Assembly: GCF_000196355.1 (NCBI RefSeq)
Contig: NC_007614.1
Coordinates: forward strand, 1,860,001-1,892,000
From: Nitrosospira multiformis ATCC 25196
GTDB taxonomy: Bacteria; Pseudomonadota; Gammaproteobacteria; Burkholderiales; Nitrosomonadaceae
Reading direction: 5' to 3'
Length of the DNA stretch: 32,000 nt
The translations under genes were made by a program, and so were the position numbers. This document shows positions 8,845-18,000 of this stretch, piece after piece (positions within the stretch are counted from its first letter, which is position 1; each line of letters opens with the position of its first letter). Under the pieces are notes generated by a model that had not been told where the DNA came from, made no database searches, and worked only from the letters and a program-made list of their open reading frames with translations.

Positions 8845-8869
8845 ATTTCAGGCAGAGCTGTCCTGAAAT
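8845..8869 (+). promoter_or_regulatory. Inverted repeat / hairpin in the predicted 5' leader of paralog 3
   Basis: ATTTCAGG (8845..8852), a 9-nt loop, then CCTGAAAT (8862..8869). The 8-bp stem is perfect. Function unknown. Confidence 0.3.
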
Positions 8870-8954
8870 TGTGATTTATTCTACTCCACTGTTTTTTGTA
8901 ATCTTTTCGCTATCTTTTGGCATTAACCGCATTGATTTTAAAGGAAAGTGCGAC

Positions 8955-9383
8955 ATGAAAACAAGGAGAATTTTCGCCATTTTATCCTTCAGTTTACTGG
9001 CTGCATGTGCGCAAATGAGCCCGCATGAGGCTGTCCAGAACACGAATATTCGCAGGGCAGCACAGAACGCCAGAACTCCCAGTGATCATGATGCGTTGAG
9101 CAACTATTTTGAGAACGCGGCCAAGGAAATGCAAACCAAGGTTGATGAGCAAAAAAAGCTACTCGAGTATTATGAAGAGAAGGGGTATCTCTACGGACGC
9201 CAAGCGCAGGATTTGAAGTCGCATACCGCAGCCCTCCTTCATAAATACGAGGCAAATGTGGAAGAGAACATCAGGGAAGCTGCCGCCCACCGGCAAATGG
9301 CGCTAGAGCAGGCGAAACGTGAATATGCCATACGTGAAGGACAGACTGTGAACGCGGAGGGTCGCGCTCACCCCTCGAAGTAA
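8955..9383 (+). CDS. Lipoprotein member of the uncharacterised exported helical family, paralog 3
   Basis: The ATG at 8955 is internal to track ORF 8871..9383. MKTRRIFAILSFSLLAAC carries a lipobox (LAAC). Core HDALSNYFENAAKEMQTKVDEQKKLLEYYEEKGYLYGRQAQDLKSHTAALLHKYEANVEENIREAAAHRQMA. Confidence 0.85.
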   Translation: MKTRRIFAILSFSLLAACAQMSPHEAVQNTNIRRAAQNARTPSDHDALSNYFENAAKEMQTKVDEQKKLLEYYEEKGYLYGRQAQDLKSHTAALLHKYEANVEENIREAAAHRQMALEQAKREYAIREGQTVNAEGRAHPSK

Positions 9384-9444
9384 GCAGAAGGCGCAGTAAA
9401 AATATCGGGAATCCTCTTGCCGCGGCCCACCCACCGTCTTTTTC

Positions 9445-9885
9445 AGTCCCTCCAGGCAGGGAAACGTGGCAAGCTCATGAAAAAATCCATATCGTGGTTA
9501 GGCCAGAGCTCGCACTTTTCGCTGCTCTCCAGCGCCTTTAACTTCCGGATACTGGCCAGCACCAGGGACGCGTTATCCTGCCAGCAATATCCCGGCGCAA
9601 TTTCCTCCACCAGATTCTCCCTCAGATCGGCAGCGGCTCAACCAGGGGATGCATGGGATCAAATGACGTGCGCAAGATGGGATCGGAAATCTTGCGATAG
9701 TCGCAACCCGTATCATATAAGATGCGTCCGTTCGACGTTTCGATCAAATAAGCAAGAATTGGCGCCGCGATAAATTCCCCATGCCCACGGTTACGGGTCG
9801 AAATGGTCTTTTCATAACGGATTGTTCCCGTCAGCAGCGGCCAGACTTTTGTGATATGAGGCATATCGGTTCGCTGGTTCGGCAT
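9445..9885 (-). pseudogene. MBL-fold N-acyl-homoserine-lactonase-family gene with internal deletion/frameshift
   Basis: The N-terminal 87-aa ORF (…PILAYLIETSNGRILYDTGCD…) stops at 9622. A second frame continues with NASLVLASIRKLKALESSEKCELWPNHDMDFFHELATFP (the C-terminal HD region). The HxHxDH metal motif and roughly 100 aa are missing. Confidence 0.5.
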
Positions 9886-9927
9886 GTGCGATCACCTCAG
9901 CTGTGGATGAAAGTAAATCGCCGCAAG

Positions 9928-10182
9928 CTAATAATCACCCCGCTGGGAAGACGCCTCTTCCGAGTGGCCGGAACGATGTTCAATACTGGATATCAGATGA
10001 GCGGAAAAATTCATGGCAAAAGGCACGAGCAGCATGGCTGCGAGCAGCACCAGAAGCGCGATGTGGCTGCCCATGCTGATTTCTCCCCGCGCCATTTTTC
10101 GAAAGAACCACACGACCAGTAGAAAGAAACCTGCCAGAGCGAGGATGGCGAGGATGCTGATCGTTACAAAGCTGCTATCCAT
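9928..10182 (-). CDS. Small membrane protein (2 predicted TM helices), hypothetical
   Basis: 84-aa ORF with two hydrophobic stretches (ISILAILALAGFFLLVVWFF and IALLVLLAAMLLVPFAM). A purine-rich GGAAGGGG lies upstream. It is co-directional with the BASS gene. Confidence 0.45.
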   Translation of the reverse strand: MDSSFVTISILAILALAGFFLLVVWFFRKMARGEISMGSHIALLVLLAAMLLVPFAMNFSAHLISSIEHRSGHSEEASSQRGDY

Positions 10183-10265
10183 CTATCACTGCCCCTTCCG
10201 CTCGCTCTGTCTGCATTTGATGAGCACTATATTACTGCAATTTCCTGCAGGTCACGAAAATAGCA

Positions 10266-11246
10266 CTATTCCTCCTGCCGCACGGAGATTGTCTGCGGTA
10301 CAGGCGAAATGAACTCTTTCTGAACTGGAGCCGGATTTCGGCGCCATAATGCCGCAAGCACACTGCCCAATAGCGAATGCATAACGGCGGAAACCGCGCC
10401 AACGACGGGTGCAAGCGGCAACAATGGAAAAGCCTGTTTGGCCAGCACGACGGCAAGTCCCGAGTTTTGCATCCCCACCTCGATGGCAATCGTGCGTGCG
10501 CTGTTACCGTAACAGCCAAACAAGCGGGCAAAGCAATAACCGAACAGGAAGCCGACCCCATGCAATAGCGCAGTCGCCAGGATAAGCTCTCCGCTATAGG
10601 CAAGAATAGCCTCTGCATTGGCGGCAAATATCACCGTACAGATAAAAACCACGCCTGCCACTGAAAGCAGCGGAGCAACAGGCAGAACCCGCATGACCAG
10701 GCGAGGTGCCCACCGGTTGAGCAGCACGCCCAGAAAGACAGGGATAATCACGACTTGAAAGGTCTGCTTGAACAACAACCAGGCATCGACCGGCACGAGA
10801 GCGCCCGCGAAAAGCTGGGTCAGCAAGGGTGTGAGCACAACGGCTGCGAGCGTGGAGCAGACCGTCATGACGACTGAAAGTGCAACATCGGCGCCGGCGA
10901 TGTAGCTGATCAGGTTTGAAGCGGTACCACCCGGAGCGCACCCCACCAGGATGAGTCCCACCGCGAAATGAGGAGGCAGGCTCAACGCCTCGGCGACTGT
11001 CCAGGCCGTCAAAGGCATGATGGAATACTGCGCGGCGAAGCCGATGGCTACCGCGCGCGGGCTCCGCGCGATGCGGCGAAAATCCTCCACCGATAGCGTG
11101 AGTCCCATGCCCAGCATGATGCAGGCAAGAACGACCACCATCAGGGGACCCTGGTTGAACGAAGCCAGTGACTCCGGCGCATACAAGGCGAGCAGCCCCG
11201 AGAGGATCATCCAGAAGGGGAACAGGAGGGTCAACTTCTGCAACAT
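10266..11246 (-). CDS. Bile acid:sodium symporter (BASS/SBF) family transporter
   Basis: The track ORF runs to 11393, but the start is placed at the ATG at 11246 (MLQKLTLLFPFW...) to avoid overlap with the upstream gene. It has GMGLTLSVEDF, AQYSIMPLTAW and GCAPGGTASN motifs typical of the SBF family. Confidence 0.85.
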   Translation of the reverse strand: MLQKLTLLFPFWMILSGLLALYAPESLASFNQGPLMVVVLACIMLGMGLTLSVEDFRRIARSPRAVAIGFAAQYSIMPLTAWTVAEALSLPPHFAVGLILVGCAPGGTASNLISYIAGADVALSVVMTVCSTLAAVVLTPLLTQLFAGALVPVDAWLLFKQTFQVVIIPVFLGVLLNRWAPRLVMRVLPVAPLLSVAGVVFICTVIFAANAEAILAYSGELILATALLHGVGFLFGYCFARLFGCYGNSARTIAIEVGMQNSGLAVVLAKQAFPLLPLAPVVGAVSAVMHSLLGSVLAALWRRNPAPVQKEFISPVPQTISVRQEE

Positions 11247-11284
11247 GGAGCCGGGTATCCTGGCATAGCTGCTTACAGCTGCTA

Positions 11285-11989
11285 TCAATCGTTTCGCGAA
11301 AATAGAAGCGTATGATGCTGCGCGTGACGGCTGATCACCCGGGTAGAACGAAGCCCGGCTTCCCCGGCCATTCTTCGCAGGGTAGAAAGGCATTCAGGAT
11401 AATCGTGATCGCGAACGTGCGCGCATGCTTCTTCCAGTTGATCCGGCGGCACGCTCGTCCACTTTTCCCGCATGAAATTGAGATAATCGTCCAGAAAATC
11501 CTCCCGTGCCTCATTTTCTTCACGTACCACATCCACCAGTATCAGCCAGCCTTCTTTTGAGAGGCAGTGTCGCGCCGCCTGGAAAAACCGCGCCTTTTCA
11601 TCCAGATTCAGATGATGAATGGCAAACCCGGAGAAAATAATATCCCACGTCTGATTCATGGACTCGATGGTCTGCAGGAGCTCTCCTTGGGTCAGGCTGA
11701 CTTCGCCTGGCACTTCTGCGAGATATTCCCTCGCCTCCTTCAACGCAGCCTCGGACAAATCCACACCTTCGTATCTCAAAGGAGGAGAGCGTTTCAGGCA
11801 AGGCGCAAGATAGCGGGCATTGCCACATCCCAGGTCCAGCAGGCGATACTCTGCCCGCTCAGCACGCGACCTCAAAAGCTCCCCAACCCCGGCATAGATC
11901 TCCCGGTGAAACATGTAGTTGTGCTCCGTGATCAGATCATAAAGCGACCAGGACCGGGTGAAGATGGCAACAGGTTCAGCGGATAGCAT
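11285..11989 (-). CDS. Class I SAM-dependent methyltransferase
   Basis: 234-aa ORF with motif I LLDLGCGNARYL and the later IIFSGFAIHHL and GWLILVD. Confidence 0.8.
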   Translation of the reverse strand: MLSAEPVAIFTRSWSLYDLITEHNYMFHREIYAGVGELLRSRAERAEYRLLDLGCGNARYLAPCLKRSPPLRYEGVDLSEAALKEAREYLAEVPGEVSLTQGELLQTIESMNQTWDIIFSGFAIHHLNLDEKARFFQAARHCLSKEGWLILVDVVREENEAREDFLDDYLNFMREKWTSVPPDQLEEACAHVRDHDYPECLSTLRRMAGEAGLRSTRVISRHAQHHTLLFSRND

Positions 11990-12075
11990 GAATCGGGAGG
12001 GTCTTCATTACAATGGTAAAATTTCGACCGATTTTCATAATAGATGGGAGAATTCCTTTATTTTAACCTTTTGAA

Positions 12076-12101
12076 AATGAGTTGGCGACAACCAACTCAT
12101 T
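12076..12101. repeat. Perfect 10-bp inverted repeat (AATGAGTTGG-N6-CCAACTCATT) in a divergent intergenic region
   Basis: Read directly from the sequence. It lies 87 bp upstream of the methyltransferase start and 258 bp upstream of 12359. It is a possible operator; there is no adjacent U-tract. Confidence 0.4.
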
Positions 12102-12358
12102 GATAAGACAAGAGGCCTTTGCACCTGGCACGCTCATACGCCCCGCGTTTTTTACTACAATATGGAACCCGCGGTAAAGCCGCAGCAGGGGGGCGAAATG
12201 AGTCCTTCAGGGTATCCCATACCAAAATACATGTAAGATCGATAGGGAATCTGGAGTCTCCAAAATAGGAAAAAGAGTACGAACGCCTGAGTATGAGTAT
12301 CGAACACTACGACTGCAAAGTCCGGGAGACATCACTTTCTTGATTACGAGGAAATGGA

Positions 12359-13108
12359 ATGAATATACCAGCGGGATTCGATAAAGAAGCTTTGCGATAC
12401 GTAGCCGACGCTCTTGAGATGGAGGCGAAAACTGTTGAAGTGGACAACGCGACAGATTATCCATGCCATCCAGAGAGTGCCCCCGCGCAAGCGGCTCGCT
12501 TTATCCGGGCTGTCATTGCCGATGCTCCACTGCCGCCCGCACATCCAATTGCACCCAAACCATTCCACCTCGAGAGCCTTCTTGATCAGGAGGACCAGAG
12601 CATGGACTGGTGGCAAGATGCCATCGAAAATGCATTGGGGGCTGCGCACACGCATTATCAGGAACGGAAGGAGAATGCTTCGATACTGCCAACACAGAAC
12701 AGCGAGCATGAAAACAATGCACGTGAAAATAGCGGGCGTGAAATGTGGCAGCTTGCAAGCGAGCTTGACAGCGCTACCGAATGGGCCGATAAACTGGCTC
12801 ATGCGATAGCGGAACGTCTTGGTGTTGATATTGGCGAACTCCGCAACGCAAGCAATCCATGGCAGAAAGCGCTGGATTATTGCGAAATGCCCGTCCCGGA
12901 GATTGCTCCTCATGAGCACGTGCCAGGACATGCTCCTTCTCATAATGGGTTGAATGCCAGTGATGCTAATGACAAACTCAGGAGAGCGGCCGAGGAGGTT
13001 GTTAACTTCCTGGATATGGACGTCAACGAGGAGCAACTCGTAGATGGATTGAAGCTACTTGAAAGCGCTATTGAAAATCTCCGCGACGCACTGAAAGGGA
13101 GGTCCTGA
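12359..13108 (+). CDS. Hypothetical acidic soluble protein (249 aa), no recognisable domain
   Basis: A good RBS (GAGGA, 6 nt before the ATG) and a long ORF. The antisense ORF 12344..13036 lacks an RBS and is judged a shadow. The product is rich in D/E/H/P and has no TM segment or signal peptide. Confidence 0.6.
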   Translation: MNIPAGFDKEALRYVADALEMEAKTVEVDNATDYPCHPESAPAQAARFIRAVIADAPLPPAHPIAPKPFHLESLLDQEDQSMDWWQDAIENALGAAHTHYQERKENASILPTQNSEHENNARENSGREMWQLASELDSATEWADKLAHAIAERLGVDIGELRNASNPWQKALDYCEMPVPEIAPHEHVPGHAPSHNGLNASDANDKLRRAAEEVVNFLDMDVNEEQLVDGLKLLESAIENLRDALKGRS

Positions 13109-13111
13109 GTC

Positions 13112-13500
13112 AGGGAAGTTCAGTTTTGCCCTCATCTCAGCCCATCGCTGCTGCTTCGAATTGCGTATCCGCTACGAGTTCTTCAAGTAGTTCCCGTACA
13201 TCCACCTTTTCGGGCATGAGCGGAATCCACTTCTGCTTCCAGGCGGGAGAGTTCGAGTAGGCGCCCGATGAGCTCATTCAAGCGTTCTATTTCCGTCTCC
13301 ATGCGGCTCAATTCCTTTTCAGCCTGCTCGCCTGACCGCTGCCACACAAGCTCCAGGGCGACCTGTAACCTTGCGAGAGGAGAACGAAGCTCATTTGAGG
13401 CGTCGCTCAGCAATTGCCGCTGCGCCAAGTACCCTCTCGAGTGGTTTCTGCACAATACCTGGAACACAGCCATCCCGCCCGATCACGTTCTTTAAAATGC
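13112..13500 (-). pseudogene. CpxA-like sensor histidine kinase remnant (HisKA region only, frameshifted, no ATPase domain)
   Basis: QRQLLSDASNELRSPLARLQVALELVWQRSGEQAEKELSRMETEIERLNELIGRLLELSRLE matches the CpxA H-box region, but with Asn in place of the phospho-accepting His. After a frameshift it reads PEKVDVRELLEELVADTQFEAAAMG and then ends. An upstream KPLERVLG lies in yet another frame. Confidence 0.6.
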
Positions 13501-13868
13501 TTCCAAGCTTCACTCTCTGCATTGATACTGCAATAAACCCCCGTCAAAATAGAAGCTTCGATATAACCGGGAAGGAGTTATGCCTAAATACGCCGTCTAT
13601 GCGAGAACTCATACAGGACATGTCAAACGAGTAAGAAATTTTTCCAGCAATTATCCCCACGATCTTTTCAGGCGCCATTTCCATCAAGGATCGCTCAAGG
13701 GTTTTCCAGAAAACACCGTATTCTGGATAAACCCTGAAGGCCCAAGCATCGGCTTTGCGCCGCTCCTCGAAGTACAAAAAACAGCTGATTGAAAAAAGAA
13801 AAGGCAAAAACAAAAAAACCAGCGGAGTTAAGAGCTAGTTTCAAAATGAGCTTGCTCAGCCGATCGAA

Positions 13869-14003
13869 ATACTTCTTCTTCCAGATATAAAACGTGGCTT
13901 CAGATATGCCAGGACTGCGACACACATCCGTTACTGCCGTACCGGCCTCTGCCTGCCGCAACGCATACGCTACTTGAACCTCGGTGAATCGGGATCTCTT
14001 CAT
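13869..14003 (-). pseudogene. IS3-family transposase OrfA stub (first ~45 codons)
   Basis: MKRSRFTEVQVAYALRQAEAGTAVTDVCRSPGISEATFYIWKKKY matches the HTH N-terminus of IS3/IS407-group OrfA. Similarity is lost afterwards and there is no orfB. Confidence 0.6.
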
Positions 14004-14669
14004 CGCTTCATACTCCTTCAATAAGGGAGCCAGAAGGCGACTTTACTCTAATTTAGAACTGCTACAGTTTTTGGGGATGACGTCATTTGCAGTCTTCATG
14101 ATGAAACTCCTTTCCCCTCTCTTATATAAAGATTTCCCAGGCTATCAAAAATTTATAGAAGGATATGCGGCTTTCGGATTTATTTAGATATAGCACCTCC
14201 TGCCTGGAGCGCTAGAGACAATTGCGCTCTCTAAAGCGCCGAGGACTGGAGGGATGGCGGACACTACGATGTCCAGTACCAGGTCACTGCGTGTTCGGAT
14301 GCAGTAAATTTTTGAGTAAGTACCTAAACGTCTTGGCTCTATTGCTTTTTCAACGGCGGTAAAGTTGCTGCTTTGGCAACGCGAGCTTCTTGATGACGTG
14401 ACAGTCATCCTTCGCGTAAGTTGCCGTGACGGTAAAGGCAAAGAGCAAACCAAGCGCGATATGTCGTCTCAGCGATATGGGTCTCATTGTTAAATAACGG
14501 AATGATCGAGGAAGAGCAGGAAACAACGTCCGGCACGGCTAGCTGCTAAAAATCACACTGCACCCTCGAACTGAAAAGGGTGAGGATTTGATGCTTTAGG
14601 CGTGCTTGAGGGTTCTTATAGGTCGAAATAATTAATACTGGAAATGAAAACTATATCTTTTAATGATTG

Positions 14670-15008
14670 TTATTCCGGTCTGGAAGGGGAATCTTCCTGA
14701 TGACGTTCTCCGCTGCTGATATTCCCACTTCCACTCACATCTATGATGTAAATTTTGCCTGCGCCGTCCTGATAGGTGTTGGCGGTCTGCATGACTGTGC
14801 TGAAAATATTGTCCACCTGCTCATCGGAGGCAAAGATTTCGATGCGTTTTTTCGGCATATAAGGATCGAAACTGCTATCGGCGACCCGCTCTCTGCCAAA
14901 ACCATGGCAATCCGAGACACTCATGCCTGGGAAATCCGGAATTTCAAGTAACGCCTGCGTTACCTTGGATAACATGAAGGGCTCAATGTATGCGCGGATT
15001 TCTTTCAT
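14670..15008 (-). CDS. PII (GlnB)-like signalling protein, last gene of the efflux operon
   Basis: 112-aa ORF. MKEIRAYIEPFMLSKVTQAL...GMSVSDCHGFGRE...KRIEIFA...GAGKIYIID follows the GlnB fold pattern. The T-loop region is about 6 residues shorter than in E. coli GlnB. Confidence 0.78.
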   Translation of the reverse strand: MKEIRAYIEPFMLSKVTQALLEIPDFPGMSVSDCHGFGRERVADSSFDPYMPKKRIEIFASDEQVDNIFSTVMQTANTYQDGAGKIYIIDVSGSGNISSGERHQEDSPSRPE

Positions 15009-15026
15009 AAGAGCAGGGTGTTGTGG

Positions 15027-18000
15027 TTATTTTTCAAAATTGGAGTAGAGCGCAGGAAGCATGGTCAGGGTAAGAATGGTGGAACTCATGAGCCCGCCGA
15101 TAATGACCGTTGCGAAAGGTTTGACTGCTTCCGCTCCCACACTGGTGGAAAGCGCGGCAGGCAACAGCCCCAGCATTGCCACGAGCGCTGTCATCGCGAC
15201 AGGCCGCAGGCGGCTGATGGAGCCTTGCAGAACGGCTTCATGTAAAGGAAGCCCCTCCCGCCTGAGCAGGTTGACCTTGGATATCAGGATCACCCCATTT
15301 TGCACGGCGATTCCAAATAAGGCAACAAAACCTACCGCTGCCGATACACTCAAGTGAATGCCTGTCAGCAGGAGGGCGACCAGGCCGCCGATCAGCGCGA
15401 ACGGTACATTCATGACAATGAGCGATGCATGCCTGGTCGACCGGAATGTCCAGAACAGCAACAGGAAAATCAGGATCAGACTGACGGGCACGATAAACGA
15501 CAGTCGTTTCATCGCGCGCTGCTGATTCTCAAACTGGCCGCTCCAGACAATTTCGTAACCTGGCGCCAGATGAACCTGCTGCGCGACTTTTTTTTGCGCC
15601 TCTGCTACGAAACTCCCTTGATCGCGTCCGATCAGGTTACATTTGATGGCGATACGCCGCATGTTATCCTCCCTGCCGATACGGGAAGCACCCTGATTGA
15701 CCTTGATTTCAGCCAGCTCGGCCAGTGGAATGCGCCCGCCATTAGGCGAGAGAACGGTTATATCTTCAATCGCTCCCACGGAATCACGCGTCACCGCCGT
15801 CAGCCGCACGGTGACATCGAAGCGGCGCTCTCCTTCAAGAATTTGCGTTGCCGCCTTGCCGCCGACGGCCATGGCGATTACATCTTCTACGTTGGAAATA
15901 TTAATACCATAGCGGGCAATTTTAGCCCGGTCTATGGAGATAAGGAGCTGAGCCAGTCCGGATTGCTGTTCAGCAGCCACATCAGTAGCGCCCCTTATGG
16001 TTCTCAGAATTCCTGTTATCTGGTTGGCTTTCTCCTGGAGGATCTTCAGGTCCTGACCAAAAATCTTGATGGCGATTTCGCCCTTGACGCCGGAAATCGC
16101 CTCTTCGACATTGTCCTGAATCACTTGGGAGAAATTAAGCAGCAGGCCAGGGAACACTTGCAGGCGCTTATTCATGGCCTTGACCAGATCGTCTTTCTTG
16201 CCATACCGCCAGGTTTCCTTCGGCTTGAGATCGATGAGAAGTTCCAGATTGTTGAAACCTTTGGGATCGGTGCCATCCTCCGGGCGTCCAAGTTGTGTGA
16301 GCACGGACTTGACCTCGGGAAATTCGAGTATGCTTGCCCGTATCTCTTGTTCCAGAAGTTTTGCCCGGTTCAACGAAACCGGTGTTGGCAAGGTGATGGT
16401 CAGCCAGATATTGCCCTCATCGAGCTTGGGCATGAACTCGGTGCCGATCAGCGGCGTGGAAGCCAGTGACAAGGCCAGCGCGATTCCGGCGAGAGCAAAT
16501 AATTTTCTGGGCTTGGCCAATACCGCTTCCAGTAATTTGTGGTAGCGTTGTTCCATTGCCTGCACCAGGGGATTATGCGTCTCCGTGAGCTTTGGCCCCA
16601 GCATATAACTCAATAGGACGGGTATCAGGGTCAGGCTGATGATCAGGGAGCCCAGCATGGCGAAAGTAAGTGTATAGGCCATCGGAGAGAAGATTTTCGC
16701 CTCAACCCGCTGGAAGGTGAAAATCGGCAGAAAAGCGACGATCACGACCGCTTGGGAAAAAAGCATGGGCCGGGACATCTCCGCCGCAGTGATGAGCATC
16801 GATTGCCGCATGTGCGCCGCAGTAGCGTGCTGGCGCATTTCCAGCGTTACCTTGACCATGACAGCTTCGACCAGCACGATCGCCGCATCCACAATAAGGC
16901 CGAAGTCGATCGCGCCAAGCGAAATGAGATTGGCGGAAATATGCCAGGTTTCAATCAGGATAAACGCGAACAGCAAGGACATCGGAATGACGATGATCAC
17001 CACCAATGCGGCCCAGAACCGGCGAAGGAAAATAACCAGTATCGCCAGCACGAGTGTTGCTCCGAGCAACATATTGTGCTCGACCGTATGAACGGTGTGC
17101 CGCACCAGTTCAGTTCGGTCGTAAAAGGGAATGATCTTGATGCCGGGCGGCAGTCCGTGATTATTGAGAAACTCGATTTTGGCCTTGACGCCTTTCAGTA
17201 CTTCATTCGCGTCCTTGCCCTTGATAAGGAGGACGATGCCTTCAACCACATTATCGTGCTCGTTGAAACCAACCAGCCCGGTGTGCGGCGCTGCGCCAAT
17301 GACCACCTCGGCAACATTCTTGACAAAAACGGGAACTCCCTCCTGGTTGCTAGCGATAACGATATTGCCGATTTCTTCCAGTGATTTCAGCAGCCCGGCG
17401 CCACGAACCACCAATGCTTCGTTGCCGTGCTCGATGTAGCCGCCTCCGATACTGGCGTTGTTGGCGTTGATGGCCGTATAGACATCGGTAATCGTCAGCT
17501 TGTAATTCTTGAGCTTGTTCGGGTCCACCTGAACCTGGTATTCCTTGATGCCGCCTCCGAAGGCCACCACATCCGCTACGCCATGGACGTACCGAATGGT
17601 GCGTTCGATTACCCAATCCTGCAGTGCGCGCTGTTCCACCAGCGGAACCCCCGGTGCTTCCAGACGGTAGCGATAGATTTCTCCTATGCCCGTTGACAGA
17701 GGTCCGAGCAGAGGCCTGGTCTCCGCTGGCAGGCTGACTGATTTCAACCGCTCCAGCACTTGCTGCCTCGAAAAATAATCCTCGGCGGCATCGTCGAAAG
17801 TCAGGGTAACCACCGATAAGCCAAAAATGGATACTGAACGTATGTTGAGCAGGTCAGGCAGGCCGTTCATTTCCTTTTCGATCGGCAGGGTGATAAGTTT
17901 TTCCACCTCTTCCGGGGCCTGTCCCGGGTATTGCGTCACGACCTGGACGAAAACATTCTGAACGTCGGGGAAGGGTTGTATCGGCAGACGCTCGAACGAA

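Noticed and set aside
9417-9773. 118-aa plus-strand ORF
   Set aside because: It is antisense to the lactonase-family remnant. Its composition is Ser/Arg-rich and it has no start context.
12126-12141. Sigma54-like TGGCACGCTCATACGC upstream of 12359
   Set aside because: The GG-to-GC spacing is off by one relative to the TGGCAC-N5-TTGC consensus, and the -12 element is poor. Similar partial matches upstream of czcC (20.8 to 21.0 kb) also fail.
12344-13036. 230-aa minus-strand ORF overlapping the orphan gene 12359..13108
   Set aside because: It has no RBS and an odd Cys/Trp/Phe-rich composition. The plus-strand ORF has a canonical GAGGA-N6-ATG start and is longer, so the plus strand was chosen, though neither has homology support.
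13544-13813. 89-aa minus-strand ORF between the kinase remnant and the IS3 stub
   Set aside because: It has no RBS or recognisable domain and lies in a region of obvious gene decay. It may be another fragment, but that cannot be supported from sequence alone.
15354-16469. 371-aa plus-strand ORF inside the RND permease gene, together with other long antisense ORFs at 16752..17384 and 18776..19231
   Set aside because: They lie entirely antisense to strongly supported efflux genes. Their composition is low-complexity and Arg/Gly/Gln-rich, and they have no RBS or recognisable motifs. They are typical shadow ORFs.
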